From Macrostomum lignano (taxonomy: Eukaryota), in contig NIVC01003288.1 of assembly GCA_002269645.1 (NCBI GenBank), positions 29,517 through 93,516 on the forward strand: DNA of 64,000 nucleotides. Reading direction: 5' to 3'. Position 1 is the first letter of the stretch; every line of letters begins with the position of its first letter. The translations under genes were made by a program, and so were the position numbers. The notes beneath the pieces are model-generated. The model made no database searches. It saw nothing but the letters and a program-made list of their open reading frames with translations, and was not told the DNA's origin. Below are positions 13,201-25,437 of the stretch, in pieces.

Positions 13201-15790
13201 AATGCGGCAACTGGGGATCCTTTTCGTCTTCTATGCCACTCGAGCTTCTTCACAACGGCAGCTAGCAGGTGCAACTCAGAGGCTGCTTTTGACTGTGCAA
13301 ATGAGACGTTTAACTGCAGCTCCGTGCCTGATTGGTTGATCAGAGTAACCCCGCGTGGCAATGTGTGGACGAACGCTTGAGCCTTCCGTTCAGGTCTCAG
13401 CGATACGTTGATAGTTGGGCAACAGCCAAATCGATTCTTTAGGAACAGCGACGATCCCGCGCAGATAAGCCGGCCTCCAGAAATCACCACTTTTCTATCT
13501 GCTAGCATATCCGCCTCGTCCATGAACTGAGTGCACATTATGAGACAGCGACCTTGCTTGCGCTCTTCCATAATCTGCCAGAGATGCCTTCTAGACACGG
13601 GGTCGAGACCCCTAGTGGGATCGTCCAGCAAAATTATTTCCGGGTCACCCAGCAGAGATATGATGCAGCACAGCTTTCGCAACTGTCCACCGCTCAGGTC
13701 CACTGCTCGAACATTTTCCTTGCCACTTAGCAGCAGTCGCTCAAGCATTTTATTGACATTTTCAAGCTGGCTCTCCAATGTAAAGCCTTTGCTCAATGCT
13801 GCCAGCTTGAGGCTCTCCATCACAGTGAGCTGCTGGCTCAGCATGTTTGTCTGGCTGCAGACGCTCACGATTCGGCGCAGTGTCATGCATTGGTAGGGGT
13901 CGCGGACCATCCGATTGCCGATGTAAGCAGCGCCGCTTGACGGAGTCAGGTCGCCAGTGAGAGCCCGGATCAGAGTGGTCTTTCCAGCACCGTTGTGCCC
14001 GATCAGGGCGGTAATCTGGTCGCGGTAGATTGTGCCTGCAATATTTGGCAGTTTGGAGAAACCAGTGCACATTTTCTATGATGCGAAGCTGTCCAATCTT
14101 TTAGCGGCACATTTGTATTCACTTTTTAAAGCTTAGTTTGCAAGTAAACTATTTTACGGTTTAAACAAAAACAAAAGAAATTACGTAGAAAGAAAATAAC
14201 TCTATCAGGTTTTCACTTACAGGTAAATGAATCCAAGGCTTGAACAAAATTTTCCCGGTTTTTGAACGGAGTGCAGCCTCGTTCGTAGCTAACGCTTAAA
14301 TCATTCACGCAAACTGCCGGCGACCCACCGGGCACTGGTTCTATCGTCTCGGGGTCCTCCGGCTCTTGAAATTCCATGGGTAGGTCAGTCTTGGGTGCGT
14401 CTTCCTTAGGCATCCAGAAACTTGGACTAAATATATAAGTAAAAGGTAGCCGAAAGCCGTTGCCGCTGCTTATCATGAAGTCTAAATATATCGCCAGCAC
14501 TGTCATGACGAGAGGAAATGCCATCATTCCTGTTAGCGCTGTCTTCAGATAGTCCTTCTGAAAATTATTCCATTTCATGTACTCATTAGATCGAAAAGTG
14601 TATAATGTGTACAGCGAATATTGAACCACGTGACCAGGTGGGAATATCAACAGAGTGTTAAGAATGTAGTCCATCTCCTCCATTTTTGTCAGATTAATCA
14701 CGCCCAACACAGTGATTGAAACCATCGCCATGATGATGGCCACCGTAGCCACCACAATGAGGTAGAAGGTGCGCAGAAGCACAGTCAGCAGGAGGCTCAG
14801 CGACGCCATCGAGTAGATGTAGGCGAAGAAGACGAGTCCGAACTGTAGCGCACGCTTTGCAGGAAAATAGTCTGAGCACTGCAGCGTGTAGCAGGGCCCG
14901 ATGACTGCGGAAAACACTGCGCACTCCACCACTACTGAAGTGATGATAACAGTCCAGTAGGCTCCCACCGACAGTCCATTGCTGAACATGAGCTGCAGGA
15001 AGCCGCACTCTTTCAGACCAGAGATGAATGCGATGGTGGAGGCAGTGAAATACACCATGCAGCCGGCTGTGGCGATGAGTAAGTGGTAGAGCAAAGTGAC
15101 AGTGAATGTATAGAACATTTGTCCAGTGGACTCAACTCGTTCGCATATTGTATTGGCCCTTTTCTTGCTTGGCAGCACGCCGACACCCTGGTTTTTAGGG
15201 AGCTCTCGATCCAAGGTGTCGGTGTAGCTCACGAACTGGACGTCACGGAAGAGGCGGCCGTCCTTGCTCAGGGAGCGCAACATCAGCTGGTGGAGGAACG
15301 GGCAGGCCAGGTCGGCCTCTGGCATGTGGAAGCACTCAACGAAGTGTCCGACTTTGGAGCTGTAGCTGACGTGAGCAGTTTTGCTAACTTTGACTTCATC
15401 GAGCGCTTTTTTGTAAAAATCTAAGCTGCAAGATTTCCTGCTGCGACATTCTTTCATCCAATCTGGTTTCCATCCATTCACTGTTGCAAGCTTTTCCAGC
15501 CTGTCCATTTTGTTTAAAATGTTCCCTTCGTGACTAACCGAGATGTTCCAGGTAAATCGCTCTGAATCAACTATCTTCTGCGCACTGACTTGGCCATCGG
15601 AGCTGCCGGCCAGTGACTGTACCTCGAGTAGCCAGAAGTTCGAAGGTAGCAGCACGATAGCAGCAATGAAGAGCGGAACACGGAGAATCTTGAACTTGAG
15701 CAGCAAGAACAGGAGAAACACGGCTTGCTTTATCCGGATCGAAAAAGTAATCTTTGGGGCCGACGATTGCAAATGCTGCATAGCCGCCAT
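10264..15790 (-). CDS. ABCA-subfamily full ABC transporter, paralog 2 (3 exons: 15790-14221, 14035-10859, 10589-10264; about 4 single-base frameshifts)
   Basis: Same architecture as paralog 1. Motifs GHNGAGKTT, LSGGQ, LLDDPTRGLDP, CTQFMDEAD, GQNGAGKTT, LSCGN, TTHSMEE. Splice phases join in frame (FTC/TIYRDQ and RSQ/YGKDY). Confidence 0.94.
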
Positions 15791-16184
15791 GATTCAAAGT
15801 AGAAAAGTTTATAGCAGTCGGTAAAACTCTATTGTGCCATCGCTAAGCGACTATCGCGCAAGCTGAATTTCAATATCACCATAGACGATTACGAAATTCA
15901 CTTTGGCTCGCAACGGCGGGCCAATAATACCAGTAAAGTTGCTTGTAACTTCTAGTTTTTTCTGCTGTTCGTAAGTCTATGGGTCTAATTAAAAGTTCGA
16001 AAAAATTAAAGATAATAAACGGCTCTCAGTCGTTAGATTTCTATTGTGTTTTGGTGGGAACGACCACCGCGCATAGCACTGTAGTTGTACTACACCGATT
16101 CTTGGGAATGTTAAGACTGAGTTTTGCTTGTATCGATTTGCTTGCAATCTCACTATATAGCAAAATGTGTCCATGTGTCTGGCG

Positions 16185-16470
16185 ACTCAGGCTGGCTGGC
16201 AACGTCATACGGTCGGACAGTCGCCGCCTCGAGCCGTTACACGACCTTCTGTTGTAGACGCGCAGGGTTTGTGGAGACGAGGTCATGGGCAAACGAGTCC
16301 TAACCCGAGCTGCTTCCGAGGGATGCGAGAGCCCCTATTCTGAATTTGACTGAAGGAGTTGACTTTTTTAGAAGTGCGACGTAAAGGCGTGTATTCTGCC
16401 GCCTCCCACCCTCTGTGGCCACTTGTGGCCGACGAGAGGTGTATTTTGTTGTTGTTGCTGGTTTTGTTGT
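16185..16470 (+). mobile_element. Probable 5'-truncated non-LTR retrotransposon (RTE-like) 3' remnant
   Basis: Translates to RLRLAGNVIR..EPLHDLLL*, resembling the RTE ORF C-terminus, and ends in a (GTT)n tail. Decayed. Confidence 0.4.
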
Positions 16471-17164
16471 TGTGTCCACGCAATTGAATACACAATAACT
16501 AAGTTCCATGTTTTATACGCTTATAACATTTCGAGACTTTGCAGGCTTTTTAAAATTTAGCCATTTGACAGATTTGTCATCTATTTAAGAACCAAATCTT
16601 CAGACTGTACTTAATCAACTATTTGAGTCTTTAATAATCAAGAAAAAATCACACCTCTGATCGAGTCAGTCACCTGAGCATCGGGAAAGCCCCAGCTTGG
16701 AGTTGTACAGCGAGTGCCCTCGGGTGCTGCACTGCACTTGAAGCCCAAAACTCCCTGTGCAGGTATTGTGGCCTCCTCTTATTGCTGCTTGATGAGTTTC
16801 TTTCACCTTTATTGAAGCTTGTCGATTGCGCTGAGTTGAGTCATCATTTGTTTTTGAGAACTTGCAGACAAAGCCGAATGCGCGACTGCAATTTTGTGAA
16901 TCAACAGGCAGACTTCTTCAAGATCAGGGTCGCACATACGCCAGTCAATGTCAAAAGTTCTCGAAGTCCCTTGTGATTGATAATGTGACACCCGGTCTTC
17001 TGTATATTCAGCTCATGAACTAGATCGGAGAACTCTATTGAATTTACTGAGCGGATGTATTGGCGCTTATCTCCAAACCCAGCCGGGCGTTTTAATCACT
17101 ATATTTGGAAATAGCTCGTAGTTGCTGAACAAAGTTGGTTAGTACGTGGAGCAATTGCAAATCC

Positions 17165-17166
<2 letters not shown>

Positions 17167-17216
<50 letters not shown>
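17167..17216. repeat. (GA)n microsatellite
   Basis: About 25 perfect units. Confidence 0.97.
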
Positions 17217-17219
<3 letters not shown>

Positions 17220-17770
17220 GGTGAGAGACACTGGGCATCGCACACAATTACCGGGCTGGAAGTAAAACTTTAAACAACACTAAAAAGAAAACAAGGCATA
17301 TATAAGCCACCTGGCTGAAACATACAAGATGATTCAAGGTGATTCAAGAAAACAACAAAACAAGGGGGAGGCGAAACGCATGGTGGTGACTCATTTGAGG
17401 ACGGGGTGCACTTGCACTGCAAGAGTGGGCGATGTAACACCACAACACGTCGAAAACCTTTTAACAGAAGTAGCTATTAGCTTTTCTGGAAAACCATTAA
17501 AACGCATTAGGATGTATGGTATGCAAGTGTTTTGAAACAAATTTAGCAAAAAGACGTTTTATCAAAGGCCTTGAATACCTTCGTGTTGTAGATCACACCA
17601 TAAACGTTGTTACATGCATAGCGTAACTAGGCCGTAAATGTTTTTTTTCGCAAAGCAAAAAGGAAAATGAATTTCCACATTTTTATTTCCGATACGCTTG
17701 ATTACTAAATCGGTCGAACATTGAAAGTAGCAATCGCTGGCGAAGAATTGAACAGGTGAATCAAAGCTAA

Positions 17771-18468
17771 TCAATGCAGACTGAACTTTTTCCAGTCCTC
17801 GCCAGTCTCTATATGCATTTCCACCTGCGAGTCGGTGAACAGCAGCAGTCGGCACTGTTTCAGCTTCCCATTGTACAGCGCGTGTCTGCAGCTGCGGCCG
17901 GCCCTCAGTGCGGCCGCCACGCACTGGATGGCGCTTGAAGCGGCAACGTCATTGAAGCAGCAGTTTGAGTTCAAGTTGAAGTCGACCCGCTTGAACTGAA
18001 CTCTTCGCCAGTCGAGGCAACTCCGGTTGGCTGGACTGGTCCGACTTGCTGCTCACATACGTATCCGAATTTTTGTGAGCACATTGCATTCGCCAGTTGG
18101 TTGCTGGCTAAAAGCAGCAGGCAGTCCTGGTCTCCTCCGTCTGGCTCTGAGCTCACCCACAACGAGTGATCGGTGGGCAGAACGCCCCTGCCGTTCACGA
18201 GCTGCCATCCGGATCTGCTCAATCCGCATTCGTCGGCAAGGTCAGCCGCTCCAATCCACGCTTTGATGCCGAATGACCTCAACTTGATGACGTCATAGGA
18301 CCACAGCAGCTCGCCTCCGATGAGTTGGCACTGTTGATTGGCGGCGCACCAAGTAAACCTGGTCCGCGACTCATTGAACAAGCAGGTTCCGTGCGCTGGG
18401 AAGAAAGGCGGGGGACATGCCGAGAGTCCGAGGCCTGGCAGCAGGAGCAGCAGCATCAGCATCATCAT
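17771..18468 (-). CDS. Secreted C-type lectin domain + PAN/apple-like domain protein (one -1 frameshift near 18010-18040)
   Basis: Signal peptide MMMLMLLLLLPGLGLSA. CTLD motifs CPPPF..C, W..A...C, WIG, EPD..DC, C....YVCE. The -1 frame continues as FKRVDF..CCF..SAIQC....C.HALYN...QC.LL. Confidence 0.8.
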
Positions 18469-18895
18469 TCGGTGCAGAATTGTCATTAGCTCGCTAGCAA
18501 ACACAGAATAGTTGAGCATCTTTCTTTTGCCTCTGTCAAAAATGCTTCTTACAGCTTCGAAATGTAAAGCTGTATACCTTTTGACAGATCCAATGCGACC
18601 CATCTGTCAATCGGGTTAATGATTAAATTGATGCAGTGCTCTGTCAAAATTATTTGACAGACGATCCAGTCAATCAATATACTCGCAATTAGGAACTTTT
18701 AGCCATCCAATCCATCAACCAATTGGTGTCGCTGAAGCTGAAGTGGATTTTCAGTCCATTTTCAGTTCAGAAGAATGACGGTTTATGCAATTAGAGAGGA
18801 TGGGTCTCCCAACTTGTGACAACGGCTGATACCGAATGACAAGTGAATTATAGCGGATTAATAATTTCCATCGTTTTTTATAGACGCAGAAGGGA

Positions 18896-18995
18896 GCACT
18901 TTAAGCGACATTGTCACACAACCGGCGAGAGGCATTACTGCCATTCCGCCGACTCCCCAGAGCAGGCACCACAAGCGCGCTGATTCGCACGCGCA
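18896..18995 (+). repeat. Dispersed repeat family, copy 2
   Basis: Closely matches 884-980. Confidence 0.8.
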
Positions 18996-20236
18996 GTCTA
19001 AACAGTTTAAACCAGTTACTGTTACATTGCAGCAGCTCGATAAATTAGACTAGATTAAATATCCTAAGAAAGATGTTCGGACAGGGCAGAAATCTAAATT
19101 TTTGTTTTAATTCGAGTTCACGAGTTCGTATTTCATTTTTCAAGCAGAATGGTTTTCCTACGAGAGTACGTATATGGGTTCTCGACTACACCTAGAAGTA
19201 AGTTTAGCGGCAGAGCAGTTCAGCAGTAAACGCAGTCACTTGGGGCTTGTGCAAGAAAACTGGCCGGGAGGTTGTCACTAATGTCACTAAGTTGTAGACT
19301 AATGCAGAGAGATACGACTGAGAGTTGACGAAGCCTCTTGGCGTTTACTAGATCGATACGCAGGTTAAATACGATAGGGTGAGTGGAAAGCACCTACATG
19401 CTGTACAATAGCAACCCCCAACCCCGCTCTAGCGACTAGCGCATACAAGTACACTTGCAACTCACTACAGAGTTGCATCAGCGCTGGTTGCCGGACTATG
19501 TCGCGAAAGCGTTGCGCTTCCAGGGTGCTTACAGCCCTCGATCCTGCAATTAGTAGTAGTTGTTGTTGCAGTATACATACAAAATTCTGTCAAATCGTCT
19601 TTTCCTGAAGTGACTGAATTATTATTCACCTACTCCCGCTGAGCTTCAGACTCAGAGACCTGACATAGGGAGAAGTGGCTGAGAGTCTGCTTTAGTCTGC
19701 TTTTTTGACTTTCCAGACTGTGGATAACTTGAGCCGTTGTTATATCAATATGCAAAATAGCGATTGCGAGAAAGCAGTTGAAATCCTTAATACTCATAAG
19801 TAGTACGTACACACAGTTTATCAATAAAACATAGTGCTTAGAGTGTTCCACCTCTGTCACTAAAAACATTGGAATTCTTGATCTGTCACTCTGATTGATG
19901 ATCTCAGTCCCGACACAGTCAGTGATTTGCACTTTTAGCTTCCTCTTACTGGCGATATTGGCTCGCTATAGTAACTCTGTACTCTTTGGTTGCCATTGTG
20001 GGACAGCAGAAAGGACTGTGTACTCGTATTGAGTAAAGCCAAAAGCCTGATGAATTTTAATATGAGACTCATTTTTTAATTAGTCTCATAAAGAGAAATG
20101 ATGTCATTTAAAACGGAAATGGATAATTTCAGCCTAGTTTAGAAAGCTTCACCCGAACTAGTAGAAAAATTTTATCAATCTGCTCCGCTCAGACTGCGGT
20201 TATCGGACTTTATTTTTAGTTTGAAAATCTAAATTA

Positions 20237-21424
20237 TGATGTAACAACGCTCTGGTCGCGGGATAGGGCAGGGGAACTTTTTTCGAAAGTGCCTCCTTAT
20301 CGCCGTGCACCCCCTGCACAGAGCTGTTGAGACTCGGCCAGGTGTTCGACCAGGCCTGGAGACTCCCGCTCTGCTGCACCCCCTGCTGCCTTGGCTCCGT
20401 CTCCCCTGCCGCCACACTTGCCTTTCCGGAGCTCCCCCTCCCTCTTTGTACCTCCCCCTCTACCTTATCTCCCCTGCGCGCCTCCCTATTCTTTTTGTAC
20501 TTTTCCTGTCCCCTCTTTTTGTCTCTTTCTGCACTATTTTCCTGCGCTGTCCCCCCTTTCTCTGCGTCTACTTACAGTATTTTGTGCGCTCACCGTCACC
20601 CCATCCCTTCTCAAACTCCCAAACGGTGACGCAAGTCGTGTGACCCCTTCTTCCCCTCGATGACTCATCGATGACTCATCCCCCTCTTTTGCGCAACCTT
20701 TTCTCACGCTATTGTTCTCCTCCCCAAATTTCTCATGCGACACCCACCCCACCTCCGCTTCTATTGTTCTCGTTTTTGATTCTTTTGTTCTCTTTACCCC
20801 CACCAATTATCACATTTTCTCCGATTTTCTCTTTCTATTGTTCTCGTTTTCGCACCTATTTATCACCTTTTCTCCAATGTTTGCTTTTCTATTGTTCTTG
20901 ATTCTCCCCAGTTATCCCCGATTTCCAATTCCTTTGTTCTCGACCCAAGCCCCATTGTTCTCAATGTTTGCTTGCGCAACACTTTTGCGACCTCCCGCTG
21001 CGCCAATTATCCCCCACCCACCTCTCCGGATTGCGCAATTCTCCCATTTCTCATGTTGCTATGCCGGTCTCATGCTTCTCATCATGACTCATTCTGACGT
21101 CATTCTGCCGGCAGCCAATCAGAGAGAGGGAGTCATGGAAACGACCTTGGAGCGGCGGCTGGGAAGGCTATATAAGGAAGCGGTTTTCGGCATGAGAATC
21201 CTTAGCCGGTTCACGTTTCCCGTCTTCTGCGTCGTCTTCTCAAGCGTCCTATTGTGGACTTGCTGTCAGACCTTGATCTGACCTATTCGTCTACAAGGCG
21301 AACCCCTGCCGGTCCGCGGTCTGTTACCGCCAAGTTATCTTCAGCTCCCCAAGCGAGCTCGCCTATCGGCCAGCGGTCTGATACCGCCCAGCATCATCGG
21401 GCGGCGACAAGGGCGGTTACATCA
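20237..21424 (+). mobile_element. Solo LTR (1188 bp), probably Gypsy-type
   Basis: Ends are TGATGTAAC...GTTACATCA (TG..CA, 9-bp inverted termini), flanked by the 4-bp duplication ATTA (20233-20236 and 21425-21428). Internal CCAAT and TATA boxes; no coding capacity. Confidence 0.8.
21085..21175 (+). promoter_or_regulatory. LTR promoter cassette: AP-1, CRE, CCAAT, TATA
   Basis: TGACTCA 21085, TGACGTCA 21095, CCAAT 21115, TATATAA 21169; two more TGACTCA at 20661 and 20672. Confidence 0.65.
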
Positions 21425-21589
21425 ATTATATAAACTTTTTAGAAAGTAGTGCGATAGCCGTCACAGCGGAATAAGCTGTAATTTTCTATTAAAACAATTG
21501 TAGGGTTTACTGAATAAATCCATAACCTAAAAATGTAAAACTTAATCGCAACTGCAGAATTCTGTCATGTATTAGACATAGGCATGTAG

Positions 21590-23187
21590 TCATCCAGAAG
21601 CGGTCTGCTGGATCCAGCTGGTGTACATCTGCACTCGAGTGTACACTCCTGGTCGCTGGGGCTTGGCGCAGCCCTCGCCCCAGCTCGTGATGCCCTGCAG
21701 GTACCAGACTCCGCCGGACTTGCACACGAGCGGCCCGCCGGAGTCGCCCTGGCACGCGTCCTTGCCGCCCTGCTCGTAGCCGGCGCACACCATGTAGCTG
21801 GTGATGGCGCCTCCGTAATGCGACGCGTCGCCGCAGATCGAGTTGGGTACGATCGGCACCATCACCTGCAGCAGCCTGGTGTTGTCCCCAGTGCCCTGCG
21901 TGCTGCCCCAGCCTGTGGCGAAACAGCTGGCCATGTTCGACACCGGCGAGCTCGGCAGGCACACCGGAGACACCTGCGAGTTGAACTGGAACGGCCGGTC
22001 CACCCGCATCATGGCCAGGTCCTGGTTAGTCCGGCTCGAGTCGTAGTTCGGATATCGAACTACCTGCGTCACCTTGCGTCTCTGCAGCGTCGCCTCAGTG
22101 CAGTCCCGGCAGTGTCGTCCCGCGTCAACGCCCCACATCGACGGCGACATGTAGTTCTCGACGCAGTGCGCGGCCGTGATGATCCAGTTAGCGTTGTAGA
22201 TGCTGCCGCCGCAGAAGTGGCCGCCGAAGAGACGCAGCGACACCATCCAGGGCCAGCTGTTCTTGACAGCCTCCTTGCCGCCCACGATGCGAGTTTCGTC
22301 TGGCGGGATGGCGGGCCTGCCACAGCCTGACGGTGCTGGAAAGAAATTTTAATCTAATAATTAAAGAATAGAAGCTCTAAATAAACTTTTTGATGCATTT
22401 CATTCTTACATGGCGGCTTCGTTGTGGTGATGGGCGACACTGTGGTTGTAGTCACCGGTGGCCTGGCAGTTGTTGTCGTCTGGCCTCCACAAACCTCATC
22501 ACTGCCATCTGAGCAGTCTCTGAAGCCATCGCACCACCACTGGTTGAAGATGCATTTGGAGTTGTCCTTGCAGGGTCGCTGGTTTATCGGGCAGTTCAGC
22601 GTAATCGAGCAATACTTCTCATCGGAGCCGTCTGGACAGTCTTTGATGCCGTCGCACTTCCACTTTGAAGGGTAGCAGAATCCTCCAAATCGGCAGGAAA
22701 TATAGCCACTTGGGCAGGGCACTCTGGTGCGGTACTCGTCGTTTGACACGAATCGATAGCGCAGCTGGAAGCCGGACTTCTGCAGGTAGGAATCGCTTTT
22801 GAATACCAGCAGTATCGACGAGGACTGCGACAGAACCGACCAGGAGCCGCCGCCGCAGAAGCGGTCAAGGACGGAGCTGGAGTCATTCCAGCCGTCGTAC
22901 ACAATCAGAGAGTCGCTCGAACACTCCGATGTGTACTCGAGGTCGAATGAGACTGAAATCACCTCGATGCGGTAGCTCGGGCCGTCGGCGCGGATGAAGT
23001 AGCGGCAAGTCGAGTCCGCGTCGTATGGAGTGCGGCCGAACAGGCGGTGGGAGGCGATGACTCCTTGGTTCGTCTGGTACAGAATATCGACGCCACAGTT
23101 CTTTTCGCTGGCAGTAGCCGCCACTTCTTGGGCAGCGGCTGCAGACAGCAGGGCTGGACACAGTGCCAGCACGAATACTAAACTCAT
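21590..23187 (-). CDS. Secreted modular serine protease A: signal-CUB-LDLa-LDLa-Thr/Pro linker-trypsin (exons 23187-22410, 22335-21590)
   Basis: CUB (C..YFIR..FDLE..C..DSL..FCG), two LDLa repeats (C..W.CDG..DC.DGSDE), R/IVGG activation site, TAAHC, DLAM and GDSGGP triad with S1 Asp. In-frame phase-1 intron. Confidence 0.96.
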
Positions 23188-23528
23188 TGTGCTTAACTTG
23201 TGTTTGGAAATTCAAAATACTTATTAAAATTCACCCGTGCAGAACCGCATTTAAATATTCTTAGCGGAGAGGGTAATTATCAGCTAATTGCTTGCAGGTC
23301 AGGTAGAATTTTCTCTCACAATTAAAAATTGCAGGTGCTAATTTTCCGCAGTGATGCAATAATGGTGAAAAGGTTTTCCTCACGTAAGCATTTCCTTAAC
23401 CTCCAAATGTTCCCGGCCGAAACACACAGCTCCACTCCATTGTCGAGATCAATTCGATTCCGAAATTTACGTCTTCCGGCTTCGACTTCCAAAGTCAATG
23501 CCGGAATGATTGCTGCAGGCAAGGATTT

Positions 23529-23987
<459 letters not shown>

Positions 23988-25437
23988 ACTAAGACAGAAT
24001 GGAAAGAGAAATACAATGATGTCGCGTAGATTGAATTCTTAGAACAACTCAGAGGCTCTGTCCTGAATCGACCTGGATTGCTTTCAACAGCAGAAACACA
24101 GAAAACGGCCTCACTGCAGTGCCGGGAGATTTTGCTGAGGCTGCAATAATCCGGATGAGAAGCAAGCGATGCAGAAAATCAAGGTACGAGCTCAGCTTCA
24201 TTATCCGTCACTCGTGCAGAGCAATCGGTTATCAGTGATGGAAATTCTGCAAAAAGAATGCTTTGCGGAACTCACTGAGTCTGAAATATTTGTCTTGATA
24301 GCTGGAATCCTTTCGGAGTGTTTATGGCCCTGCCATCTGTTTCCTCGGATTCAAAGGTTTCGGTGTATTTCTTGTTTAAACTGTGCAGTTGCTGCGTGCT
24401 AATAATAATGGAAAATTAAAATCAATCCTAAACAGATGTTTCTAAAAATGGTTACTATCTACCTCGGGTCAAAGGGTCACGCCAGGGCTACCATCTGCAA
24501 TAGAGTTCTCATATGACACTTGCATATCCATGCCATGTGATTTTTGCTTACTCAAAATGGTGATCTGCGGCTTTATAACTATAGAACTATAGAACTCCTT
24601 TACAATGACGTTAATCTTTTTCACAGATTTCCCCAAGATAGTATCATTCCTATTCATTTATCCGTTTTGTTTTTCTTGAAGTGACCCCTTTGGAATTTAG
24701 AATAGCGGCAGAATTACATGTATTTCAAAACCTGCTTACCCATGCAAATGAGAGTTCTCAGGGAGTTGGGGATTAGCTATTCAGCTCAATGTCACGCCAA
24801 ACCTCTGTCCGAGAATCTTTCTAGCCCTGAATTAAAAAATTATCTGATGCAAAGATTGCGCATAAATTAGCAGCCGATCGCAGTATAAGACAGCTCTGAG
24901 GTAGGTAGGTACGATTGTTAATCAGGATATTGTTACTCAGGACACCAAGCCTGGCCTGAGGAAGATCTTTTATAAGTTTCCTTTCCATATTAGCCCGTAA
25001 TTTTAAAACAGTTTTTTTTTCAAAATGAGCGTATTGTAAAAGTTTTCCCCTGCGACACGTAAAAGCATAGTTTTCCAATTTTCTGAACCAAGGTTCAGAG
25101 AGGGTTTACCCTCATAACCATAGCTTGAGACGTGCAAATACTTGTTGACAGAATTTGCAAGGCGTGTAATAAAAATGGTCTTGAATTGACGGTCAATACA
25201 GTAATTATAATGTTGGTTGAGTCACCGCTCAGTTGCAGTCGGTGACTGGATAGGCACGTTAAATAAATTTAATTGCAGGCAGCTTGTACACCTGTGAGCA
25301 ATTTATTAATTGTACATCAATTAAACTGTGCAGTATAAGTATGCGACAATCGGCTGCTTGCAAACTAAGGCTACAATTTCAAGTTGTCAAGCCTTCTTAC
25401 CTTGCTATAGGTACTAATAGGTACTATCAAAGTAGCC

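Noticed and set aside
3628-15790. ABCA genes as true pseudogenes or as programmed frameshifting genes
   Set aside because: All lesions are -1 with no nonsense codons, motifs and splice sites are conserved, and no shared slippery heptamer is present. Sequencing error is more parsimonious; kept only as a testable finding.
21818-22330. Long antisense or alternate-frame ORFs over the proteases, ABCA genes, GPCR and VWA gene (for example 26265-27182, 58256-59155)
   Set aside because: Shadow ORFs caused by GC3-rich coding sequence.
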